Shown in pieces: positions 12,466 to 22,695 of a DNA stretch of 64,000 bases. The first letter of the stretch is position 1, and each line of letters begins with the position of its first letter. The stretch is from Centroscyllium fabricii (Eukaryota), in NCBI GenBank assembly GCA_051313645.2, contig JBNRSN020000008.1, forward strand, positions 169,198,001 through 169,262,000, written 5' to 3'. The notes beneath the pieces were generated by a model. The model was given only the letters and a program-made list of their open reading frames with translations, searched no databases and was not told where the DNA came from. Position numbers and translations under genes: made by a program.

Positions 12466-13879
12466 CAACAAACCTGATGATGTGATGGACAAGATACACA
12501 ACGAGGCAAAGTAAAATGAGCAATTGGTTCTATGAGTGAAAGTTACATAATTAATAACTGGCAAAGTCATAAGTGACTTACGAACATCTTATAAGTGGAA
12601 CATGGATGAATAACTTCTGCATCCTTCTAATAGTTGGAATCTCTACCATTTGCATGATTAAACTATTAAATTACTCAGTACACTGCATTCCTCGTGTATT
12701 ACATAATACAAGTAAAAATGTAAACAAATGATTACATTTATTTCAAATATACTTTTATTATGCAGCTGTAAGTAACAATTTGATTATCCAATGTTCTGAT
12801 CATTTGTTGCAATTGAATATAAAAAAATGAAATTCACTATTGTGAATTATCCACAAGCTTCAGGTGCATGCTAATAGCATTCACACACGATATATATACA
12901 ATGTTGTTACAACTATTTTTTCAGTCATGAAAAAGGCTTCTAAATATAAATGGTTCATGCAAGTTTTTTTGTGAACTGTTGTCACCAATTTGTCAGCCTA
13001 TATTTAGCTTATATTTGTCAGCATATAATTATGCATGTGTACTGTACTATCACACAAAGCACAGTCAATGCTGCCGCCCCATTTATAATTGGTACATGAA
13101 TTTATTGTACTAGGCAGAAATTATTTTGGACCTTTAACATAGAAATGTTTCTACTTTGCACATGCATGACACGTATATTTTTCTTGAAAATAAATAATAC
13201 CTGACTATTTTAAATGCATTTTTTTAATGATTAATTGATTGGACTAAACCTGTAGTTATCCTTCCAGGGCAGGCAGCCTACAGCAGCACAAGCCTTACTT
13301 TTACACAAGGACATAAATGAACTATGACTTGATAATTTCCTTTACATCAACCATTTCACTGAATATAAACTGGGTATATTTGTGCCATACAAGGTGAATT
13401 TTATTTATGGTGCTTGTATTATATTTGTCTATTACTACTGACAGAAAAACCTAAATAATGAGATCAGTTTCTGGTAGTACGGGTTGCGCACCATTGATCC
13501 GTTACCCGATAAGCCGGCAGCTTCAGTCTTCCGGACTTCCAAAACTTGTGACGGAGATGGCACCAAAAGTGAATGTATTTGTCTGTGTGTATATAAATTG
13601 CATAGGGCATGCACTTCCTGTTCACAAATCTTACTTCCTTTTTACACAATTTTTGGTCATGCGTTTTTGTCAACATTTACCACAGTAAATTGCTATTTCC
13701 CATTCAATTTTGCTGTCAGTGATTACATTGGGACAGGTTGGATGGACCAGCTGGTCTTTTCCTGTCCTTTTTCATACATTTGTACATGGTTGAAGGCTCT
13801 GGCTACTAGGTGGCTCTTCCAATGTTTCTCTTACAACTCAATCTCAAACACAATGGGCCAGTATGTAGATGAGGAAGAG

Positions 13880-14675
13880 GAGCGCGCTTCAGCAGTAATG
13901 GTGTGGGGGGGGCGGAAAGAGAAGACCATTACTAGAGGTGCCTTGGCTATGATTGGATAGATAAGAGTGGAGCCAAGAGAGGGTCGTCCCACAAAGCTGG
14001 ACAACGGAGATGGTGTGGTCCACTGTGTCAAAGGCTGCAGAGAGGACGCATAGGATGAGGATAAATAATGCAGCATGGTCACAGTCACAGAGGATGTCAT
14101 TTGTGACGTTGGTTAGGGCTGTTTAGTTGCTGTGGCAGAGGTGGAAACATGATTGGAGGGATTCAAACATAGAGTTGCAGGAAAGATGGGCATTGGGGAT
14201 GGGATGGTAATTTGCAAGGGCAGTGGGAACAAGGGTTGGTTTTTTGAGAAGGGAGATGGTAATGGCAGTTTATAAAGGTAGGAGGAAGTACCGGACGAGA
14301 CATTTAAGCATGTCAGCTAGCCAGCATGATGGTCAGGAAGGGAGGTTGAGTGGTCAGCAGTTTACTGGGAATGGGATCATGGGAGCACGAGTGGGTCTCA
14401 TGGATGCAATGAGCTCAGAGAAGGGATATGGGGAGGTGAAAGAGAAACTAGAGAGATGTGGGTCGGTGCTAGTGCATGGGGTCTGGGTGGGCAAGGGGAA
14501 GGGAGGGAAGAAGCAGCAGAGGTAGCTGAACAGATGGGCTCAACCATCGTGACAAAGAAATCCATAAGCTTCTTCCACCCGGTGTTGGGGATGAGTGTGG
14601 AGGATGCAGGGGAGAGGGGTTTAAGGAGATGGTTGATAGTGGAAACCAGAAGCCAGAAGTTATATTTGCACTCCT
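13880..14675 (-). mobile_element. Degenerate L2-type LINE fragment
   Basis: Minus strand reads KLMDFFVTMVEPICSATSAAS, with a remnant homologous to the L2 piece at 48085-48375. Confidence 0.6.
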
Positions 14676-14677
14676 TA

Positions 14678-16900
14678 GGAATAGGAGTAGGCCATTCAGC
14701 CCCTCCAGCCTGTTCCATCATTCAATTAGATCATGGTTGATGTGAACCTCAATATTTATCCATCTTTGATCCAAATCCCTTGATAACTTTACTCAACAAA
14801 AATCTGTCGCTCTCAGTCTTGAAATGTTTAATTGATCCAGCATCAACAGCCTTTTTGGGGATAGCATTCTAGATTTCCACTACCTTTTGTGTGGAAAAAG
14901 TGCCTCCTGATTTCACTTCTGAATACCCTTGTTGTAATTTAAAATTGTGCCCCCTTGTTCCAGACACGCCAGCGGAGGAATATATCTATATATAATTTTA
15001 AACACGTCAATTAGATCACCCCGCAACCTTCTAAACTCAAGGGAATACAAACTAAGTTTATGCAACCTGTCCTCATAATTTAAACCCTTAAACCCCGGTA
15101 TCATTCTGGTGAATCTAGGCTGTACCCCCTCCAAGGCCAATCTATCTTTCCTGAGGTGGGGTGCCAAAAACTGAATGCAGTACTCCAGATGGGTCTGACC
15201 AAGCCTCGATACAGCCCAAGCATCGTCTCCTCTCCTGACGTATCATCAATCAAACACAAAAGACGAGTAGTTACCCAAACTACAGGCTTTTATTCACTTA
15301 CAATGGGGCTAGTCTCCTGTCGAATTCAAGGCGAGAGTGAGCGGGGGCAGGGCAGCCCTCACCTATATGCTCCCACCTGAGGGGAGGAGTTAGAGGTGTG
15401 GCTGACCTGGCCTAGCGTACAATGTCCAGGTGAACACATCAATATATACATTGGTAATACACGGTTACCACATCTCCTTTGTATTCCAGCCCCTTTGAGA
15501 TAAAGGCCAATATTCCATTAGCCTTTTTGATTACTTTTTGTACCTGTGCACTAGCATTTAGTGATTTGTGTACTTGGATACCCAATACCCTTTGCTCCTT
15601 CGCAGATCAAAGTCTTTTGCCATTATTCAAATTTGTCTTTCTTGAATCCAAAGGGGACCAACTCACACTTTGCCACATTGAACTCCATCTGCCACAGTTT
15701 TTCCTATTTATTTAATCTGTCCATGTCCTTTGTAACTTCCTGCTCCCACTTACGCAACTTACTGTGCCTCCCAACTTTGTGTCATCTGCAAACTTGGATA
15801 TACAACTTTCTAATCCTTCATCCAGCTCATTGATATATATAGTGAAAAGCTGAGGCCTCAGTACAGATCCCTAGAGAACACCATTTGTCACATCCTGCCA
15901 ATCAGAGTACATTCCCTTTATCCTTAGTCTCTCTCTCCTACCTGACAACCAATTACCGACCACGTCACAAGGTTACCTCCAATTTCATGCGTTTTTGTTT
16001 TTGCTAATAATCTCTTGTGCGGAACCTTATCAAATGCCTTCTGGAAATCCATATAGACACTCCCCTATTCACCATGCTAGTTACCTCCTTGAAAATTCAA
16101 CTAGTTTAGTTAGCTATGCCCTACCCTTCACAAATCCATGCTCTCTGTGATTAGCTCAAACATGTTCCAAGTGCTCAGTCACTCTGTCCCTGATGAAAGA
16201 TTCCAGTCATTTCCCCAGAACTGACGTTAAGCTGACATGTCTGTAGTTTCCTGGTATCTCCCTCCTTCCTGTCTTAACTAATGGATTGACAGTGGCAATT
16301 TTCCAATCCAAAGACACAATTCCTAAATCTAGAGCGCTTTGGGAATTTAGGACAAGCGCATCTGAAATTTTCCCACCTGCCTCTTTTATTAACCCAGTGT
16401 GGAAACCATCAGGTTCTGGAGATTTGTCCATTAGAAGTCCCATTAATTTTTCCATTTTCATTTTTTTAAAACAGATATTAAATCCAATAAGTTCCACCCC
16501 ATGACCTATTTTTAGGTTCCCTGTATTGCTGGCATTTTGTCCTCTTCCTCTATTGCAAAAACGATACAAAGTACTCATTTAACAAGTCAGCTATTTCTTT
16601 ATTATCCATTATAGTATCATGTATGTCTTTAATGGGTCCACATTGCCCCTTAACACACTCTCTTAATATATTAATAGAACATTTTACTGTTAGCCCTGAT
16701 GTCCCTTGCAGGTTTTTACTCATACCCTCTTTTTGCACCTCACATTACTTCCTTTGCATCCCTTTATTACTTTTTATTGCTCTCTCAGTCTGCAGAATTT
16801 CTACGTTTCTTTGCATTTGGCTCTTACCCCATTTGTTGACCATGGTTGCTTAACTGCACAAGTGGAGCTTATGCATTTTAGGGATATGCACTGGTTTTGT
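14678..16900 (-). mobile_element. Degenerate CR1 LINE ORF2 and 3' tail
   Basis: DKSPEPDGFH..WKIATVNPLVK..GNYRHVSLTSVLGK; ALEGVQPRFTRMIPG..LYSLEFRRLRGDLI; tail gaatggcctactcct. Confidence 0.9.
15236..15472 (-). mobile_element. Solo LTR related to element A, inserted in the CR1
   Basis: 237 bp, TGTGGTAACC..GATACGTCA on the minus strand, with a perfect 5-bp TSD TCTCC. It shares AATAAAAGCCT and AACTACTCGT with the A LTR and has a TATA-like ATATAGGT. Confidence 0.92.
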
Positions 16901-17008
16901 ATTGTACCAGATACAATCCACGGTTAGTCTGTCGATTTACCCATTTACAACTGCAATCAATTAATTTCTCATCCTTTGTGTCTCTCGCTTCTCTCTCTCA
17001 AACCTATT

Positions 17009-17764
17009 GGCCTGTATTTTCCAATCGCGACAGGTGTGTACGCGCTGTGTACACACCAGTAGGCACCTCGCAAGTGCCAGTTTCAGGCATGCGAAGCGCA
17101 TGCACTGAAAACCGCCATTTCCGATCTGTCACGAATCCTCCCGACAGTTCGGACACCTGTCCTGGAGACAGGCCTCTGCAGGTGGAGAGTTCCGCTTTCT
17201 GCAGAACCTCCGCCCGCTGAAAACCCTTAGAAAACTTATGCCTGGTAAAAACAGGTGTAATGCCTGCTTTTACCAGCATAAGAGTTTTAAAAAGTTTTTT
17301 TTTTAAATTCCCCACCCCACTCACTTATAATTTTTTTTAATACTTTTTTAAAAAAGGTAACATTTATTTTTAGCCCTGTAAAAAAAAAATTTTTTTTTTT
17401 TTAAATATTAAATTTAATGTAACTTTTAACTCATTTTAAAAACATAATTTAAAAAAATGTATTTAATGTTTTGCTGTGTTTTTGGGGTGATCTCCATTCA
17501 TACTTTTGACAAGTCTAAGCTGAGATACCTGTCAAAAGTATGAAGGGAGATTCCCTTCTTTCATTGGTTCCCCATGGCCAACGTGATCCCAGGGACGCTT
17601 GCGAACTGCCTGCGCCCTGGGATACCTGGCCCCTGTGCATTTCGTCATGGAGAGGCCCAGGGTTGGAAATGGCTGGACCTCTGGAGCCCTCGGGTAAGGG
17701 CGTAAATTTTATGCAGATCGGAGGCCTCCGCACGCAGGCAGCCTCTGATCGGAAAATACGGGCC
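17009..17764. mobile_element. Harbinger-type MITE
   Basis: TIRs ggcctgtattttccaatc and gatcggaaaatacgggcc around an AT-rich core. The TSD is not clearly preserved. Confidence 0.7.
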
Positions 17765-17899
17765 AACGTCAAATTCAGTCATATTATGGTCACTATTTAC
17801 AGACTGATTATTACGGATGATCCTGGTGTTGTGGCCTTTTATTGCAGAGGAGAGTAAGGCCCGATAGCACTTGATGTGGTCCAGCCAGCCCAAGCTCAA

Positions 17900-19190
17900 G
17901 GATGGATGACTAAACCAATTGTACACCAGATTTGCTTATTTCTGCACACCTTGGACTTGAGGGGACAAAGATGGCGGGCCCTAGCTGGGTGGATGATTTG
18001 GATGGGGAGTAATGGTTTTGTTGGGGACAAGGGCTTCAAAGATAGAGGTGAGGAAGTAGTTGGGCAAACGACAGCTGCAGAGGTGTCACAGTGAGTGGTA
18101 GGCCAAAGGTAGTTGTGAGGTTGAAAGTGCAGTTGTAAACGGCTTGAGTAAGAGGACAGACACAGAAGGAAGTAGAGTTGGAAGGAGGCAAGGAAATGTG
18201 GGTGGTGAGCAAGGTTCCCTGTAATTTTTTATTGGGCCACGCGGCCCCTTTAGAGGATTGTGTGGCCCATTCAAGATACCGCGCAGGCGCGGTTTTTCTA
18301 TTTAAAAGCTGGCAAGCCAGCTCTGCAAGATCCCTGGAGTGCTGTGCGGGACCCCTGGAGTGTTGAGCGGGACCCCTGGAGTGCTGAGCGGGACCCCTGG
18401 AGTGCTGAGCGGGACCCCTGGAGTGCTGAGCGGGACCCCTGGAGTGCTGTGCGGGACCCCTGGAGTGCTGAGCGGGACCCCTGGAGTGCTGTGCGGGACC
18501 CCTGGAGTGCTGAGCGGGACCCCTGGAGTGCTGAGCGGGACCCCTGGAGTGCTGTGCGGGACCCCTGGAGTGCTGTGCAGCCGCGCAGCTTAAACCGCCG
18601 GTTGGTGGTGAGAGGTGCAAGGAAATAGTTGGTGATGGATTTGTCAGTGATCAAGACCACGGGAGTAGAAAGGTCACAGGAAAGGGCAAGGTCAAGGGGA
18701 TGGCCTTGAATATGGGTAGGAGTGTTTAAATGAAATGTTCAGGAAGAACAGGAGGGCAGTAAATTCAGAGGAGAGAAGGCATGAGGAGCTGATATTGAGC
18801 TTGAATTAACTGAGGATTAGAAGTCAGTCAGTGCAGGAGCTGAGGGAAGATATCTTGGTGAAAAGCCCGGAGTGAGGCGGGGGGGGGGGGAAGGGGGGGG
18901 GGGGGGGAGAGATACTGAAGTGGCCAATGAGGATTTTGAAGGAGAGGCGAGAGGAATGGAACAAGGTGAGGTGGTCAAAAGGAGGAGAATGTGCCAGGGG
19001 AGTAGGGGGAGAGAATATTGTGAGACTTGGTGATAAGGGGCACACCTGATGGTTTGGATGGGGCAGATGGTGAAAAGTATAGCCTGACGGAGCGACTTCA
19101 GTCAGGATCAAGGTGCAATCACACGTAAACCAAGTTTCAGTTAATGCCTGGATGTCAAGGCAATCATCCACAATAAGGTCCCAAAGTATC
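17900..19190 (-). mobile_element. Degenerate L2-type LINE endonuclease region, with an insert carrying a minisatellite
   Basis: Minus strand reads DLIVDDCLDIQALTETWF..PSGYTFHHLP, an APE endonuclease N-terminus. Confidence 0.65.
18332..18577. repeat. 21-bp minisatellite (cccctggagtgctgWgcggga), about 11.5 copies
   Basis: Near-perfect tandem units, visible directly. Confidence 0.97.
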
Positions 19191-19249
19191 CAAGAAGAGA
19201 AAAGTGAGAGGTGGCATGACAAGAGAGACAAGATTTAAAAAAGAGATAG

Positions 19250-19405
19250 AAGTCCAAAGATGTGCGGGTTAGGTTGATTGGCCAGGATAAATTGACCCTT
19301 AGTGTTAGGGGGATTAAATATGTGGGGTTACGGGGATAGGGTGGGATATGTGTCGGTGCAGGCTCGATGGGCCGAAATGGCCTCTATCTGCTCTGTAGTG
19401 ATTCT
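19250..19405 (+). mobile_element. HE1-type SINE 3' fragment
   Basis: agtccaaagatgtgcgggttaggttgattggcca.. matches the SINE body at 35150 and 62281. Confidence 0.8.
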
Positions 19406-19759
19406 AATGGGCTTGAGTGTCAGCCGAAAAGTGCATGTGAATGCATACAGAGGGAATTTGGATTAAGCATGATAGCGGTTAGAAGAAACATGGCCTGGTC
19501 GTAAACAGATATCCTTCTCCTTTACACCAGACAGTTACACGAAGTACACTTAGTACCTTAATGTTACAATAAAATGTTACACTTTTTAATTAACCAACTG
19601 TCAGCTACAGGTGAAAAGCTTCACTGGACCAACAGCCTCACCAAACACTAAAATACTAAACAAAGCAAGGTTTACAAATTCAACAGAAGTTGTCTTTTTT
19701 TATTTATTTCCCTCTTCGGAATCAGTGGATAAAGGCACCAATCCCTGGTCTGTAATGAG

Positions 19760-21530
19760 ACACCCTAGTCCACTCCTCTACTTCCCCCATCACCCCTTCC
19801 AACACCAGCAGATGCAACACCTGCCCTTATACCTCCCCCCTTCCCACTGTCCAAGGCCCCAAACACCCCTTCCAGGTGAAACAGCGATTTACGTGTACTT
19901 CCTGCAATTTAGTATACTGTATTCGCTGCTCACTATGTGGTCTCCTCTACATCGGGGAGACCAAACGCAGATTGGGTGACCGCTTTGCGGAACACCTCCG
20001 TTCAGTCCATAAGAGGGACCCCAAGCTCCCGGCGGCCTGTCACTTTAATTCTCCACTCCCGTTCAGACCTCACTGTCTGTGGCCTGCTGCATTGTTCCAT
20101 GGAAGCTCAGCGTAAACTCGAGGAACAGCACCTCATCTTTCGCTTAGGCACTCTACAGCCCTCTGGACTAAACACAGAGTTCAACAATTTTAGATCATAA
20201 CCTCGGCCCCTACCACACTCTTTTACAGATATATATTTTCTCTCTTTTTTCAATCCACACTTTCGTCTGGGCTTTTTTCTTTTTTCCTTTCTTTTCTTTA
20301 CTCTGCTAAAGCTGTTCACACCTATTCAGAGCCATCCTGTGTTCCTTTAATTTCTCTGAATATCTCTTCCCTTTCCCCGCCTTCCATCCGGTCACTGATC
20401 AATTTAAATTCAATTTTTTCAATTTAAAAACTTTATTGGCATGACAGGATACATCCCTATGTTGCCAAAGTATAAAACATAACATACATAGTTAAAATGC
20501 ATAGATACAGATATACAATGTATGGGCAGATACGCCCCTGTACATATGTATACATATACACACAATACATCTGTAACCTTTTATCGGTTGCTACACGTTC
20601 TTGCAGTTACAAACAGTATAATAATTAGTGTTGATTAGTCTCTGTTTGTGTGTGCGTGTGTGCATGTTGGTCATTCACTGTCTCTCAGGTTGTGGCATGC
20701 TGTTACGTATTGTGCACCAAGCTGTGCCCTATTTCCCTCACCAAGGATTATTCTTAGTTTTGATATATCATCTAGTTCTTTGAAATCTGGGATTGCCAAG
20801 CTTAATTTGTCAAAGTATGTTTTCCTTGTTTTGTTGAATTTTTTGCATTTTAGGAGGAAGTGCACCTCTGTTTCAACCTCATCTGTCAAACAGTGATCGC
20901 ATATTCTATTTTCTCTTGGCTGCCAGGATTTCTTCTGTCTTCCTTTTTCGACTGCCAACTGGTGGTCACTTAGTCTGTACCTGGTGAGGGTCTGTCTCTG
21001 CTTTATATTTCTGACAGTGGAGAGATAGTCTGGCAATTTATAATCTCTTTTTAGGGCACAGTAACATTCTAATCTGCTTTGGCTTTTGGTTACTTTATCC
21101 CAATGTTCCAAATAGGTTTCTTTGCATTGTTTGATGATTTGGTTCACTCTAATTGGTGTTTGGAAAGCAGTGTTGATCTGAGACTGGTCAAAGTTTGACT
21201 GAGTAGGGGTAGTTAGTCTCAATACCAACTGACACAGGGGACTCTTTTCTGGGTTCCGCTCTTGGGTTTGGAGGGCTTTAAACTGGAGGGTGTCTGGGGG
21301 ACTAGATTTAAGGTGATTCCAAAAATGTAATGCTCTTTTTTGGATATTTCCTTTGTTCTTTCACACCCCCCCCCCCCTTTCCCCAGCCCCCACAAGCTTT
21401 AAAATCTATCTCCCCTGCTGGCTTCTCCAGTTTTGAAGAAAGGTTATCGACCTGAAACGTCAACTCTGTTCCTCTCTCCACCGATGCTGCCTGGCCTGCT
21501 GAGTTTCTCCAGCATTTTCTGTTGTTATTC
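19760..21530 (+). mobile_element. Penelope-like element 3' part (GIY-YIG endonuclease and tail), interrupted by a LINE
   Basis: QRFTCTSCNLVYCIRCSLCGLLYIGETKRRLGDRFAEH..KLEEQHLIFRLGTLQPSGLN. The tail resumes at about 21310-21530. Confidence 0.88.
20400..21305 (-). mobile_element. 5'-truncated non-LTR retrotransposon with C-terminal CCHC (RTEX-like)
   Basis: ORF 20671-21228 reads RYRLSDHQLAVEKGR..RICDHCLTDEVETEVHFLLKC, followed by an (ATTGA)n-like tail. A second copy lies at 41716-48010. Confidence 0.75.
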
Positions 21531-21531
21531 A

Positions 21532-22660
21532 CTGGTCTGAGCCATGTCTCTGATGGTTTACTGTGTAAAGGCACCAATCCCTGGTCTGAGCCGTGTCTCT
21601 GATAGTTTACTGTGTGAAGGCACCAATCCCTGGTCTGTGCTGTGTCTCTGATAGTTTACTGTGTAAAGGGACCAATCCCTGGTCTGTGCTGTGTCTGATG
21701 GTTTACTGTGTAAAGGCACCAATCCCTGGTCTGTGCTGCATCTGATGGTTTACTGTGTAAAGGCACCAATCCCTGGTCTGTGCTGTGTCTGATGGTTTAC
21801 TGTGTAAAGGCACCAATCCCTGGTCTGTGCTGTGTCTGATGGTTTACTGTGTAAAGGCACCAATCCCTGGTCTGTGCTGTGTCTGATGGTTTACTGTGTG
21901 AAGGCACCAATCCCTGGTCTGTGCTGTGTCTCTGATGGTTTACTGTGTAAAGGGACCAATCCCTGGTCTGTGCTGCATCTGATGGTTTACTGTGTAAAGG
22001 GACCAATCCCTGGTCTGTGCTGCATCTGATGGTTTACTGTGTAAAGGGACCAATCCCAGGTCTGTGCTGTGTCTCTGATGGTTTACTGTGTAAAGGCACC
22101 AATCCCTGGTCTGTGCTGCATCTGATGGTTTACTGTGTAAAGGCACCAATCCCTGGTCTGTGCTGTGTCTCTGATGGTTTACTGTGTAAAGACACGAATC
22201 CCTGGTCTGTGCTGTGTCTGATGGTTTACTGTGTAAAAGCACCAATCCCAGGTCTGTGCTCAGTCTGATGGTTTACTGTGTGAAGGCACCAATCCCTGGT
22301 CTGTGCCGTGTCTCTGATGGTTTACTGTGTGAAGGCACCAATCCCTGGTCTGTGCCGTGTCTCTGATGGTTTACTGTGTGAAGGCACCAATCCCTGGTCT
22401 GTGCTGTGTCTCTGATGGTTTACTGTGTAAAGGCACCAATCCCTGGTCTGTGCTGCATCTGATGGTTTACTGTGTAAAGACACGAATCCCTGGTCTGTGC
22501 TGTGTCTGATGGTTTACTGTGTGAAGGCACCAATCCCTGGTCTGTGCCGTGTCTCTGAAGGTTTACTGTGTAAAAGCACCAATCCCAGGTCTGTGCTCAG
22601 TCTGATGGTTTACTGTGTAAAAGCACCAATCCCAGGTCTGTGCTCAGTCTCTGATGGTTT
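21532..22660. repeat. 49/51-bp minisatellite, about 22 copies
   Basis: Unit tctgatggtttactgtgtaaaggcaccaatccctggtctgtgctgtg(tc). Confidence 0.97.
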
Positions 22661-22695
22661 AATGATTAATCAGTTACAGTGAATATGAAGATTGC

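Noticed and set aside
18036-18660. ORFs with heptad repeats (QHSRGPA)n, (ERDPWSA)n and similar
   Set aside because: These arise from a stop-free 21-bp minisatellite that is open in several frames.
21532-22660. Regular 50-bp repeat array resembling CRISPR
   Set aside because: The units are contiguous with no unique spacers, there are no cas genes, and the context is eukaryotic. It is a minisatellite.
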